Shown one piece after another: positions 14,025 to 27,310 of a DNA stretch of 64,000 nucleotides (positions within the stretch are counted from its first letter, which is position 1; each line of letters begins with the position of its first letter). The translations under genes and the position numbers were made by a program. This DNA comes from Octopus bimaculoides. Its lineage: Eukaryota. The stretch is from positions 28,396,914 to 28,460,913 of the forward strand of contig NC_068989.1 in the NCBI RefSeq assembly GCF_001194135.2, given 5' to 3'. The notes under the pieces are model-generated. The model was not told where the DNA came from, made no database searches, and worked only from the letters and a program-made list of their open reading frames with translations.

Positions 14025-17000
14025 GCAAATTAACAAAAGTGTATGGTAACTATTCACAACAAGCTCTTGAGGAGAGGTTAATTACTCTAAAACACGAACT
14101 CAGGGCTCCGAGCAAAAATCCTCGCTACCGTTAATTTTTGAACGAGTCTGTATTAATCACAAGTTTGCTTCTAACCCACAGACAGTACATAGAGAGATGA
14201 GGAAGGAAAATATTACTGCTAAGAAAACCCCGTCTCAAGATGACCTTGAATCGTTCTGGTTGAAAATCTGGAACGGAAAGAGGAATCTCAACCTTAATGC
14301 ATCGTAGCTAAATGCAGTTAAGAGAGAATATTGCACCAGCATCAAGAGTAAAACATATGCAATTGACCTGGAAATTCTCACCATAACTGTAGACAAACTG
14401 CATAATGGGAAGGCACCTGGAAGGGACCTAGTAGTTGGATACTGGTATAGGAGGCTGACATTTTACAGGAAACCACTAATATGTATATTCAAAAGTATTA
14501 TTGGCCTGCTATAGCACAGATGAATGTCGTTGTTGCCAAGAATGAAACCACCGAATTGCTTAAAAACTACATGTCCATTGCTTGCCTAAACATTATGTAC
14601 AAAATGTACACAAGCTGCCTCACCCAATACCTCCAGGATCATTGTGAGTCCAACAACATAGTGACTGATGAGCAGTCCGGTGGAAAGAATAAAGTGAAGG
14701 TATGTGCCGAACAACTTCTGATAAACAAAGTTGTACTGAGCTTTAAAAAGCGTCATAGGAGCATTAAAACCATATTTCTTGTTTATAGGAAGGCATTTGA
14801 CTCTATTCCACGCTCATGGCCACTGAAATGACTACATTTGGCAAAAGTGGCTGCTACCTTAACTGCTGCCATTGAGAAACTCACAAAGACCTGGACCACA
14901 ATGCTCACACTTGGTACTGAGAGTGGAACAACCGTCTCCAATGCCATGAATATTTCAAAGGGAATATTCCAGGGAAATAGTCTCTCTCTGTGCTTCAGTT
15001 CGTTTTGACGTTAAACCCATTATAATCCCTGCTACAAAAAACAAACCGTACATTCTAGAGTTTGCAACTGCAAGAGATATTAATGTAACTCATAATTTCT
15101 TTGTGGCTGACCTCAAGATTTATGCTAAAATTTCTAATACCGAAAAACAACTAGAATTAATGACATTTTCAGCTGACATAGGAAAGGAATTTGACCAGAA
15201 GAATGTTATTTAATTGTTGAACGAGGAAAATCAGTCCCCCAGACATAAAACCTGTCCATCAATGGTCTCACTATCTTTCCTGTCTCACAAAGTACGCTAC
15301 ATGTACCTAGGCATTTATGAAAATATATCATACGAAGGTACTGTGAATAGAAAAATATGGCAGTCTGAGCTCTTCTCTTACAACAAGGCAATATCCCACA
15401 ATGCACTTTCAGTACCAGTGTTGGTTCCAACATTTGGGATATTTGACTGGTCTGTAAAAGAAATTCACTCTATAAACATTGAAACCTGCAAGATTCTGAC
15501 ATCAAGTGGAAATCTCCACAAAAATAGTGATATCGACAGGCTCTACCTAAGAAAAGATAAAGCCGGTAGGGGCTTGAGATCAGCGCAGACAGCCTTTGAA
15601 TGACGCATAGTCTCTCTCAGACAGCACTTGCTAAACAACAGCAGCAAAAATAAATACATCAACATAGTACTGGAAAGTGAAGAAAACAATATCCTACGTG
15701 TCGGAAGTGAGCTCCTCAGGAAGTACTCCTTTCCCAAACAACGCCAAATCATCTGGGCTAGCATACCTCAAAGAAGACGTGGAGGTGAAGCGCCCAGCAT
15801 ACCAAAAAGACCATACATGGGTATATTTCTCGTAGATTTGAAGAAGATAGTAACATTGGCATGAAACAACGCCTCTCTTAGACTCATGACCGCTACATCA
15901 CATCACACTTCGAAATCTACGCAACTGGAATCCAAGAACAGAAGATTACTACTTAATACCTAATCAACAAAAGAGACAGTGAAGCCCTTGGAGTTCCAAC
16001 CGTAAATGTAGATTATGTTATATTTCTTTGGAAGACATCATACATGGGATTAGCAGCTGCCTGAAAATGTCAAGGTACTACGTCCCTATGCAACATGACG
16101 TTGTCGCAGAAAATAATATACAATGCCATTCGGAAAAAAAGATAGTCCTGGAACCCTCTGTTACTGAATACGTACATAAATACCAGCACAATGAATACTG
16201 GTAGAGCACTCCCATAAAAAAATTTGTCAAGTGTAAGCCTAACAGGCTGGATACGAGATCTGATCAATGAGTATGCGGATTGTTGCCATAGTTACGAAGC
16301 TAAAGCCCGCAGAGCAAAGCTGCTTGGCAAAAGTTGACTGTAGTGCACGCGCACTAAACTTTGAAGTTCTAACTCACTTCCATTGTTTACAGCAATGCTT
16401 GGAAGAAAGAGGTGTAGCGTGTGACCGTTGCATTGACCCTAACAGAGAAAGCTGTCATGGCAATACCTGCTCAGAGGGCTGCACAAAGTTGCAGAAAGTG
16501 TATGGAGAGGAGCGTATGAGTCGCACACAAATGTATGAGTGGTTCAGACGTTTTCAAGATGGCAGAAAAAATGTTGATATTGACGAACGTTCTGAGAGAC
16601 CTGCAACCAGCAGAACTGAGAAAAACATCGCAGATGTGTGTGCAGCTGTGAGATGAAATCGTCGAATCACCATCCGTGAGTTATCAGAAGGTGTGCAGAT
16701 TAATTACGGTTAAGTTCAGACCATTATCACTGAAGATATAAAATGCGTGTCTGCCAAGTTTGTGCCAAAACTGCTTTCAGCTAACTAAGAAGATACTCGG
16801 GTTTCAGTGCCACAAGATCTTGATTTTGTCGAGTACGATGAAAACTTTTTGTAAACTTTGTGTAGGCGTCTGAGCAGGTATCGCCAAGCTTTTGGTAAAA
16901 TTTGATGCAGATTCTCTGCTCAAATTTCTCTGTCATGATCAATGCGATGATCACACGCTACACCCCTTCCTTTCAAGCACTGCTATAAACAGCGGAAATG

Positions 17001-17460
17001 AGCTACAACGTTAAAACTTAATGCACATACACAGCAGGTTTCAAGATCAATCTGTGCCAAGCAGCTTTACTCTGCATACTTTTGCTTCATTATTATGGCA
17101 ACAGTTCGGATACTTATTGATCAGACCACGTATTGTTGTTTGAAACAGACAAGAAAATTATGTAGCATCATAGAGGTCAGCTGTCTTGCTGATGTGAATA
17201 TCTCTTTGAAAATCAAAGAGAAGGAAGATAACTATGTACAACTGCTTCGAAACCTCCAGCTTCTATATCCAATTTACAAATTTACGTTTATACCAATAAT
17301 AATTGGAGCAGTTGGTTTTGTAAGTAAATTCCTAACTGTCAGTTTGGATAAGCTTGGATTTTCAGAAACAGAAATCAACCAATTTGCACATTACAAATAC
17401 AATCTGTAAGCGGAACAATAAAACTATGTAAGACTTTTCTCAGGTTTAAAATGTGACATT
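14025..17460 (+). mobile_element. R4/Dong-like RLE LINE, 5'-truncated, interrupted by a mariner derivative at 16254-17130
   Basis: NYMSIACLNIMYK, EQLLINK, YRKAFDSIP (RT), HKNSDIDRLYLRKDKAGRGL, RYYVPMQHDVVA, then KPNRLD|IVV across the insertion, and IEVSCLADVNISLKIKEK...IPIIIGAVG. Confidence 0.9.
16254..17130 (+). mobile_element. Non-autonomous mariner derivative with ~250-bp inverted termini and TA target-site duplication
   Basis: MSRTQMYEWFRRFQDGRKNVDIDERSERPATS is the mariner HTH region. 16854-17130 is the reverse complement of 16254-16490. TA at 16252-53 and 17131-32. Confidence 0.85.
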
Positions 17461-18012
17461 CCCAATATGGAGCTTTGTATCTTTGTTAGAAAACAGTCCC
17501 TTCTTCAAGGGAAAAATTTAAATGGTAGATACAGAAGAGATATACATATAGTATATATATATATATAGTATAGATTGNNNNNNNNNNNNNNNNNNNNNNN
17601 NNNNNNNNNNNNNNNNNNNNNNNNNNNNNNNNNNNNNNNNNNNNNNNNNNNNNNNNNNNNNNNNNNNNNNNNNNNNNNNNNNNNNNNNNNNNNNNNNNNN
17701 NNNNNNNNNNNNNNNNNNNNNNNNNNNNNNNNNNNNNNNNNNNNNNNNNNNNNNNNNNNNNNNNNNNNNNNNNNNNNNNNNNNNNNNNNNNNNNNNNNNN
17801 NNNNNNNNNNNNNNNNNNNNNNNNNNNNNNNNNNNNNNNNNNNNNNNNNNNNNNNNNNNNNNNNNNNNNNNNNNNNNNNNNNNNNNNNNNNNNNNNNNNN
17901 NNNNNNNNNNNNNNNNNNNNNNNNNNNNNNNNNNNNNNNNNNNNNNNNNNNNNNNNNNNNNNNNNNNNNNNNNNNNNNNNNNNNNNNNNNNNNNNNNNNN
18001 NNNNNNNNNNNN

Positions 18013-18850
18013 AAAAAGTTGCAGGAAGGAAGATCGGGTGAATAGGGAGGGTGGGTAAGTGGGGTCATGTCTCACACTCAAGGTGGTGTGCACAGATGCA
18101 TTGTCGTGATGAAATCACCACTTGCCACTTTGCCACTGGTCGGGGGGTTTTTGTCTCACCGCATCTCGCAAACGTTTCAGAACTGCCAAGCAAAATGTCT
18201 GGTTAACAGTTTGACCAGGAGGAACAAATTTTGCGTGGACAATACCTCTCGAATCGATAAGACAAATCAACATCGTCTTGACATTGGACTTCACATGACG
18301 CACATTTGTGGGGGTGTAGGGACATAGAATGCTTCCATTGTCTCGATTGCTGCTTTGTTTCCGGGTCGTAGCCGTAGCATCAGCTTTCGTCACCAGATTT
18401 GGATCAACTTCCAACTGTTCTTTCAGTTCACGACATGCATTTAGTCGGGACTACTTTTCATCATCCGTGAGCAAGTGAGGCACAAATTTTTCTGCAACTC
18501 CTTTCATTTGCAATTACTCGCCAAAATTCGTTGGCAGGCACTCCAGTCATATCAATATGTTGCTCAATTGTTCGGCGATGGTCCTCCAAAATCAGTTCAT
18601 GGATTTTTGTGATGTTTTCATTCGTTCGGAAGGTCGACGGTGGCCCTGAACGAGGTTGGTCTTCAAGCAACAAGTAATCATTTCTAAACTTGTGTTTTGC
18701 TCATGGTAGCATCCTCATAAGCGGTTGAATGCATGACAACTGTTTCGACTGCCGTTTCACCCCACCCCCACCTCATCCCAGTAGAAAACAGAATTTCACG
18801 GAAGCACGCTGTTCTTTCCTTTCAGACACCGCATAACAATTATTCAGTTC
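18013..18850 (-). mobile_element. mariner (DD34D-type) transposase remnant
   Basis: LEDQPRSGPPST, VKTMLICLIDSRGIVHAKFVPPGQTVNQTFCLAVLKRLRDAVR, HPPYSPDL. Runs into an N-gap. Confidence 0.9.
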
Positions 18851-18889
18851 CACATCAACCAATCTCTTCTTGTAGCTCTTAATCAATGA

Positions 18890-19613
18890 CTCACATGTTT
18901 CTTTAGGAATTTTTTTCCCATTCTTCTTGACAAATTTTCTTCAAATCTGGAATGCACGTTGGGGCTCTTGAATGAATTTTAATTTTCAAATAATGCCACA
19001 AATTTTCAATGGGGTTCAAGTCAGGTGACTGGCTTGGCCATTCTAATAATTTTATATTGTAATTGACAATCCATTTTTTGGTAGACTTCACCGTGTGCTT
19101 AAGGTCGTTATCCTGTTGTAAAACCCACCCTTCACAAAGCTCTTCTACAGAGTCCCATAAATTTTGGTACATCTCTGCATCCATTCTACCATTTATCACA
19201 TGTAAATTGCCAGTGCCATTTACAGAGAAACTCTCCCACACCATGATGTTGCCACCTCCAAACTTTACAGTAGGAATTGTGTTTTTCGGCGAATAGGCGG
19301 TACCATCTTCCCTCCAAACATGGCTACGCGAATTTCGTCCAAACAATTCAATTTTCGACTCGTCTGTCCATAGAACATTTTCCCAGAATGTATCAGATTT
19401 ATCTTTATGTTCATAAACAAATTTTAAACGGGCATCTCTTTGCCTTTTAGTGAACAGTAGAGTTTTTCTAGGAGAGCGTGACTTCAGTTCATTCCTATGA
19501 AGTTCATTGCTGATTGTTCATAGTGTAACGCTAGTCCCTGGAGCTAACAAATCTTGCAATTCCTTTCTGGTGATCATTGCGCCTTTTTTCGATTCTTCGC
19601 TTCATTTTTCTTA
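18890..19613 (-). mobile_element. Tc1 (DD34E) transposase remnant
   Basis: PTVKFGGGNIMVW, QQDNDLKH, WPSQSPDLNPIENLW. Truncated by an N-gap. Confidence 0.92.
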
Positions 19614-20018
19614 NNNNNNNNNNNNNNNNNNNNNNNNNNNNNNNNNNNNNNNNNNNNNNNNNNNNNNNNNNNNNNNNNNNNNNNNNNNNNNNNNNNNNNN
19701 NNNNNNNNNNNNNNNNNNNNNNNNNNNNNNNNNNNNNNNNNNNNNNNNNNNNNNNNNNNNNNNNNNNNNNNNNNNNNNNNNNNNNNNNNNNNNNNNNNNN
19801 NNNNNNNNNNNNNNNNNNNNNNNNNNNNNNNNNNNNNNNNNNNNNNNNNNNNNNNNNNNNNNNNNNNNNNNNNNNNNNNNNNNNNNNNNNNNNNNNNNNN
19901 NNNNNNNNNNNNNNNNNNNNNNNNNNNNNNNNNNNNNNNNNNNNNNNNNNNNNNNNNNNNNNNNNNNNNNNNNNNNNNNNNNNNNNNNNNNNNNNNNNNN
20001 NNNNNNNNNNNNNNNNNN

Positions 20019-20053
<35 letters not shown>

Positions 20054-20686
20054 ACATATATATATTGTATATGTGTGTGTTTATGCGTGCACGTGTGTGT
20101 GTGCGTGTGTGTGTTTACATCTGTGTGACTGCATGCGTGTGTGTGTGCGCGCGCGTGTGTGTGTAAGAGATAAATAACCTAAAAATCTGTTGATAAAACA
20201 TTTGAAATTTTAAATAGGGTAAAGAAATAACTTATATATATTGGTTCCACTTCAAGAAAAGGTAAGTGAAAGAAATCATTATATTTAGCGTGAAGTATTC
20301 AATAATGACTAGAAGGGAAGATTAGAGGTACGTTTAAATAAATTATACACCAATAAATTCTATGTATAGAAATTAAAATACGTAAGTGTTTTATGTATGT
20401 AAATTAACGGAAATATTTCAAACAATTTGGATGTGTATGTGCGCCTTGTGTGTGCGTGTGTGCGTGTGTGGTTGTTTGTGTTTCTGCGTGTGTCTGTATG
20501 TGTCTTACTATAAATTATTCAGTAATAAAATTTTATATATGTAAATATAAAGGCTAACTTATTTTTATCTATTTAAATTTACGGAACACACACACGCACA
20601 CACAGATTTACATATGCATACATATATATACGTACCTGTATATATGTATGCATGTATATCTATATATATATATATATATACATACA

Positions 20687-20820
20687 GGAGTGGCTGTGTG
20701 GTAAGTAGCTTGCTTACCAAACACATGTTCCCGGATTCAGTCTCACTGTGTGGCATCTTCGGCAAGTGTTTTTCTACAATAGCCTTGTGAGTGGTACACG
20801 GAAAGTGAAAGAAACTCGTC
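20687..20820 (+). mobile_element. SINE family 1, 5' part
   Basis: Matches 6960-7120. Confidence 0.8.
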
Positions 20821-20941
20821 ATATATATATGTATGTATATATATGTGTATATATATATATATCATTCAATTTTATTTGAAATTTATAATCACATTGAAAA
20901 TAAACTTTTATATAAATATCAATTCATACTTGCACAAACGC

Positions 20942-21314
20942 ATGTTGTTGGCACTCCGTCGAGGGTTCCAGTTGATCCGATCAATGGAACAGCCTGCTCG
21001 TGAAATTAACGTGCAAGTGGCTGAGTACTCCACAGACACGTGTACCCTTAACGTAGTTCTCGGAGATATTCAGCGTGACACAGTGTGACAAGGCTGACCC
21101 TTTGAATTACAGGCACAACAGAAAGAGGAAGTATGAGTGAGAGAAAGTTGTGGTGGAAGAGTACAGCAGGGTTCGCCACCATCCCCTGCCGGAGCCTCGT
21201 GGAGCTTTAGGTGTTTTCGCTCAATAAACACTCACAACGCCCGGTCTGGGAATCGAAACCGCGATCCTATGACCGCGAGTCCGCTGCCCTAACCACTGGG
21301 CCATTGCGCCTCCA
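20942..21314 (-). mobile_element. tRNA-derived SINE, family 2
   Basis: Minus strand starts gtggaggcgcaatggcccagtggttagggcagcgg (A box) ... ggtttcgattccc (B box), followed by a ~300-bp non-tRNA body. Confidence 0.85.
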
Positions 21315-21937
21315 CACAAATGCATGTGTATATGTATTTATATACATAGATATATAACTCCATGTTTCTATTTTCCTTTGCGCCAGCTTACTACGCCCGT
21401 CCGATAGTCGAAAGACCCTTTTAGTTTTAATTTTGTTGTAATTGTACAATTATTTTCTTTTTGTTTCATAGCCGAAAGGTGTTTGTGCATTGTATATGTA
21501 TAATTCTATTTCATAACGTTGCGTTCATCTGATAGCCGAAAGATCCTTTCTGTTATTTATTTATTTGTATTCGTATATGTACAATTTTTGTTTTTGCTTC
21601 TATTGTATAGCCGAAAAGCGTTCTGTCATACGTGTATAATTCTAGCTTCCCCATTTTTGTTTCCGTTCCTGTTCTCGTTCTTGTACACATTCGTTTGCCT
21701 CTCCCAGAGGCATAATGCTTTTAGCTTAAGTCCCTGGCCCCACCGGATTCGAGTAGTATCGGAGATAAGGAGGCGAAACTACAAGGACATTCCGGACTCC
21801 GACTGATAAGTTAATCGGCTACGAATAATTCGTGCATTTTGTTTTTGTCCTGTTTGCCGTTTATCGTGCTATCATCCATTTTTCCGCATGTTGTTTTGTT
21901 GGCTTCCGTTTGTTGCGTTCTTTTTGTTCTACCTTTG

Positions 21938-21978
<41 letters not shown>

Positions 21979-22149
21979 TTTCTCTCGCACACATATTCAC
22001 GCATACACTTCTGTATACATATATATGCATTAATATACATGCATAAAGCTGTCTCGTTTTATAATAAAGGACATCACTGTGAGAATATAAAATTATATAA
22101 AATGAATAGTTAAAATGTTTTCGTTGGTTCAGTCACTCAGTAAAGTTTG

Positions 22150-22582
22150 CTATGGATCATTACGTGTCAGTATATGTGAATGAATGTGAGCGTGTATCCA
22201 TATATGTGTGTGTGTGTCCATATATGTGTGTGTATGCATATACATTTGTAATATATAATACACACGTTTGTATGTATGTATGTATGTATGTATGTTTGTA
22301 TGTATATGTGCAGATTTGTATGTTTTGCTTTATGTATGTATTCTCATGCGTATAATTGCATATCTAGACATGCTCATATATATTTAAATGATAAACCTCT
22401 GAAAGTTTAACAGATTTTTTACAGTCCAGTGAGGGACTGGATCTGTAGTCTTCGAATTAGCTTTCTCCTTTCTGGTTTTGAGAAACCTAATTTCTCAAGA
22501 TTGGTATTTAGGCAGTGTGTTACATATCCCAGGGCCCCAATAATTACAGGTATAAACCTGAACAACTGGATAGAGTAATTGC
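22150..22582 (-). mobile_element. R4/Dong-like RLE LINE 3' fragment plus 3' UTR
   Basis: FRFIPVIIGALGYVTHCLNTNLEKLGFSKPERRKLIRRLQIQ is nearly identical to 5700-5880. Confidence 0.9.
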
Positions 22583-22969
22583 AGATGTGTATGTATGAAT
22601 GTATGTATGTATGCATGTATTATGTTTGTATGTATAAAATAGTATGATTAGTAGTAGATACATATAAATTTTCTAGATTACGTATAGGAAAGAACATAAC
22701 TAAGTTTATTTATAGTTTTTGAATTTGAAACCTGCTTGTGAATTACGGTTCAGATATGTTCGAACTGTGAAGTTGCTGGTAGTCGTTAACTTTGTCAGAA
22801 GTAGTAGAGATAAGGTAATGATAGGGAACGTGTGTATTTGAATAAGCTATGATAAGAAATAACGGTAGATTGAAGAAGTTGATTAAAATTAATGTGTAAT
22901 CTTGAGTTTCGAGTTAAGAATCAATATATACATATATATGTCTGTGTATGTACGTATGTATTTGTATGC

Positions 22970-23024
<55 letters not shown>

Positions 23025-23049
23025 TTATACATATATTATATACACACAT

Positions 23050-24300
23050 AGCAGGGCAGCATGCTTCTCCTCCATGGGGGTATTGAGTTTCACATTTACC
23101 TCAAACCAGTCTTGTGTCATCTTCCTCCTCCTTCCAAAGGCTCTAGTGCAGTGCTATAGATGATGTCCCCGAGAGAGTCCCATCTCGGCTGAACATTGCA
23201 AGTAGGGCGTCTTCCAGTGTTTTGGGGAATGCATCTGTCTTAGTTTGCTGTTGGGTTGCCGTAGCATTGAGTGACCACCAGCATTATCCATAACAAGCAA
23301 CACCTGCAAACATTTTGGAGGTATTCCTTGGTTTGAGGGGTGAAGCATTGGTGGAACTAATTCATAGTTAGAATTTTGGTAATCCGGGCCTTGGGTTTGT
23401 GCATCCAGAGAACAGGCAGCTGGTTTTTATTCTTATTGTTGAAGGCCCTTGGTTTCGCGGACTTGTAGATAATTCCTGGTTTCATCATGAAGCCAACAGC
23501 ATTGCTACATGTAATAAGCATCACTCTGTCCTTCTGTGCCTTAAATCCTGGGGCTCTGGCTTCGTTCTTCATGATGTACGTTCTGGAAGGCATCTTCTTC
23601 CAGAACAAGTCAGTCTCATCCATATTGAAAACCTGTTCCGGCTTGTATCCCTTGTCCTCGATGATCTGCCTGAAGGTCTCGAGGTACTTCTCGACGGCTT
23701 CTTTGTCGGCTGATGCTGTCTCTCCATGCAGGTAAACACACTTTATTTTACACCATTTCTGAAAACGGTCAAACCGTCCATTGCTGGCTCGAAAATCTTC
23801 GGGCTCCGCTGCTGTCAATGGATAATGTTACCGCTCAAGGGGATGTTTTTCTTCTTGCAGTCACTGATCAACAACGCCAGGGTAGATTCCACCCTGACGA
23901 AGTGCTTATTTCTTATTATCGTTATCTTTTTGGCATATTCACAGAAACTTACTGTTTCGGTAATCCTGATCGCCACCTCTTTCTTCTTTAATATAGCGTA
24001 TGGTGCTTTCGTTGAGAACATAATAGCGACCTACTGCAGCATAACTTTTACCTCCCTAGAACATATCCAGTAGTTGTGCCTTCTCATGGAACGTCATAAC
24101 CTTTTTCTGATGCTTAGGTTCACTGTCAGAAGCCTTAGAAGGTGTAGGGTGTTTAGGCGGCATCTTAGGGCTTTAATAACACACTGCAAAAAACACAGCA
24201 CTCAACAAAATACTGGATATAGCTACTGGACGCAGTTTTGCCAAAAAACAAACGTACAAAAAAACTTCATTGCGTCTAATATGCGTATATTACCAATGGG
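23050..24300 (-). mobile_element. pogo/Tigger transposase remnant
   Basis: ATG at ~24162 (MPPKHP...KKVMTFHEKAQLLD), DFRASNGRFDRF, VFNMDETDLFWKKMPSRTYI, KDRVMLITCSNA, LLVMDNA. Confidence 0.92.
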
Positions 24301-24659
24301 AGATTGAGCAGAGATTAAAAATAATCATAGTGTTGAAAAATTTAGTTTGTATTACCACTAGATACAGTAATCTATACTATATTAATAAGGAGAGGGGGTA
24401 GAAAAGAGAGAGGGGTGGTGGGAAAGAGAGAGGGGTGGTGGGAAAGAGAGAGGGGGAGTGGGAGAGAGATAGGGACCAGCAAGTAGCCTAATTTTAATGA
24501 GGCTATATTGACTCACGACCTTAAAAATTATTTTGTTGAAATAAACAATGTGAATAATCAAATGTGGCGATAATTTTTTAAAAAGCGCTGGTATATTTGA
24601 TCTGTCATCGCTAGCCCAAGTAATATTGGTGCGATTGCCTTACTCTGTTACTCTCCTCC

Positions 24660-25498
24660 CACTTTCACGTGATCCGTGACGGCCTAAAACGGTGTCATTC
24701 TTTTTCGTGTTGCCTTCGACTGGTCTGGTCACGATTTTCTGATCTCCTCGCTTTACCCTCCCGTGTTTATAGTCCTTTAGGACAGTTTTCATTCCTCCTC
24801 CGCATTATCCATTTTTGTCTTGTCTTGCAGTCCTAAGGCTTTTTTAGCTGTATACATATTATTATCATTTTAATTGTTGTTTTCGTGTGGCCCTAGGCCT
24901 TTATTCTGTTTATTGTTTTGTCCCTCGTCCGTTTACTAGCGGTCTAATCTCCTCTTCTCCCACTCTTCTCTCCTTTTACTCTTTCTTTTACTCTCTTCCT
25001 TTCTTTTATTCTTTTACCTCCCTTCTCCCTCTCTTTTTTCTCTCTTATCCTATTTTCAAATGTTTTTCCTCCCCCTTCACAGTTCTCTGTCTGTTACTCT
25101 TTCTCCCTCCCTCTTCCTCCTTTGCTCACATTGCTCCCACGTGACCATCGGCCATTTTTCTTTCCTCTCCTAACTTATGTTTCGTTCTTTCTTTTTGTTG
25201 CAGCTGGACAAAGAAGACGTAGTCTTGTCTGTCTCCTGTCCAAGCTTGTTTCTTCGCGTTCCCCACCACAGCCTCGTTCAGGTTTAGCATCCCTCCCTGT
25301 TTGTTTTCACTGTCCTGCTTTTGTCCTTAATTTTGACCCTCCGCAAAATCCCAAATTTTATTTAATTTGCTTTGCGGGAGCAAGTGTTTTATCGAAGGCG
25401 CATCTTGAGAATTGCTTGAAATACAGCGCTGAAAACCGGTGAAGGGTCGTTCTTTGTGTTGTTTGTCATGTTTTCCATTTCTTTTCCATACCTATACG

Positions 25499-25541
<43 letters not shown>

Positions 25542-25575
25542 TATATTATTATATGATTGAACGCTACGCATTCTT
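24660..25575 (+). mobile_element. Dispersed pyrimidine-rich repeat, related to 34.0-35.1 kb (possibly Penelope pLTR-derived)
   Basis: Shares cacgtgaccat, gaccctcc.aaatcccaaattttattt, gggagcaa, gaagggtcgttct and the end motif gaacgc.ac with 34380-35120. Confidence 0.6.
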
Positions 25576-25769
25576 TTCCTAGTGTATATATATATATATA
25601 TATATATATACTTTCACTACAATGAGAGGTTGTTGTTGTTGAGAGACAAATACAGCGAGAGAGGGAGAGAGTGTGTGTGCATTTGTGAAACATAGATAGA
25701 TGTCGCTATACTAATTAAGCAAGCTTTGATTGACAGCAGGAATTTTAAAAATCAATGCGGCTATTCTAA

Positions 25770-25963
25770 TCAGAGAGACCTTCAGTTGCGAAGGGGCGTC
25801 CAATAAACCGGCAAATACAGTATATTATTATTAATGATTTAGCCTTAAAAAGTGTGAAAATGTATATATTGCCTCGAAAATAACCATAAAAAATCGCAAT
25901 TATTAGTTCCGTGAATAACCGGGACCGCGAATGTCGAACCACGAATAAGCGGGGGTACACTGT
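25770..25963 (-). mobile_element. Tigger-like 5' terminal fragment (TIR)
   Basis: Reverse complement reads TA|cagtgtacccccgcttattcgtggttcgacattcgcggtcccgg, a typical Tigger end. Confidence 0.7.
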
Positions 25964-27204
25964 ATATCTGAATGAGCACGTGTAGTCTGTTTGGTATCAA
26001 TAGCTTAATTTAAGCTACAATTTAATGTGTGTGAATAATTTATTAAAACATAGCTTTAATCATTACTCCTGACCAATTTTGGATTCTTCACCCTTAGTGC
26101 AATTAACCCCATCCCTTTATTCTTTTGTCTGTCCTTTCCAATCATTTTCTTTCATTTTTACAATGCTGCAAACAAGTTATTCCTGTTATCTTGTTTCAAA
26201 TTTCAATTAAATAAATACATACACTTTGTTAATACAGAGATCAGTATATGCGTGTGTTTGTAAGTGTGTGTATGCAATAAAAAAATTTTAAATTATCAAG
26301 AAGACCACTATTCAAGGAGATACACAATATATTTAAAACGAAAAGGATGTAGTTTTTATTTTCATTTTAGACTTTACAATGATCCAACTGTTTTATATAA
26401 ACAAACATATCTTTAGAGGTTAGAAGGATTTCACAGAAATTTTACACAATATTTACATAAATCAGATTAAAAACAATCATCTGACAAAGACAACAAAGAC
26501 ATAACTTTGAGAAATTAAACTTAGCACTTTGGACCCAACAATACATCAGATAATACAACGATATTTGGAAAATTGAATATCGATTTTTATAGATCGTGAA
26601 AGAAAATTAAATAAAGAATTCATATATGTATGTATGTATCTTCCTGCCTCAAGCGATGTCACAAATGGTGTTTTTATATGTTTATTTATCATTGCAAGTC
26701 GTCTGTGTATTTCTGTGTATGTGTGTGTGTGCGCGTGCGCGTGATGAATATATTGTGTGTTGTAGCAGGTGAAGCAAGGTTGCAGACCAAAGAAATATCA
26801 GAGTTTCGAAATCGACTCTTATTCTCCATGGCCAAAACAGTTGTAAACAGTAACATATCAATGTTACAGTGCTGCACAAATACATAATAGTATGTTCTGG
26901 TACATTTAAGCCTTGATATTGATCGCAGACGTAGTCGTACCCCAACTTTATCTTTCTGTTCTGCTAGTTCCATCAGGAGACAACCACAGATCATTTACGA
27001 TATCACCTGACTTACTGAAATTATCAACCAAATTTTCTTCCTATCACTCTCTAGTGTCCTAATATGAGAAACAAACGTCGTCCACATATAGAACAACTTT
27101 GACAAACTCATCAGCTCGAGTTGATCAGACTCGATAGTAAAAATTAACAACACCAACAAGGTAGCGAATTTCAGAATCATTAGGTTGTAGGATCAAATAT
27201 TTTA

Positions 27205-27310
27205 TGTTACCTGTTTCAGCTCTCTACGCCCGACGTTCAAATCGAGCCAAGGTCGACTTTGTGTTTCACCATGTCTAGATCAATAATATAAAATGCTAGT
27301 CCAGCGTGAT
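27205..27310 (+). mobile_element. SINE family 3, degenerate fragment
   Basis: gttcaaatcgagccaaggtcgactttgtgtttca resembles 38730-38780. Confidence 0.55.

Noticed and set aside
21240-21314. tRNA gene
   Set aside because: A and B boxes are present, but they run into a ~300-bp SINE body and no proper cloverleaf 3' end or terminator is seen. It is a SINE head.
21405-21670. CRISPR-like array
   Set aside because: The repeat is only ~10 bp, alternate spacers are homologous to each other, the context is eukaryotic and there are no cas genes.
23357-23818. Domesticated Tigger/CENP-B-like host gene
   Set aside because: Both Tigger copies carry multiple stops and frameshifts and retain TIR-like ends, so they are decayed transposons.
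24670-24705. Hammerhead-like ccgtgacggcctaaaacggtgtc
   Set aside because: The core is short by one base, GAAA is absent and there is no stem II.
27040-27120. YVDD reverse-transcriptase-like motif on the minus strand
   Set aside because: It is an isolated short match among stop codons with no other RT motifs. It may be an ancient LINE but cannot be supported.
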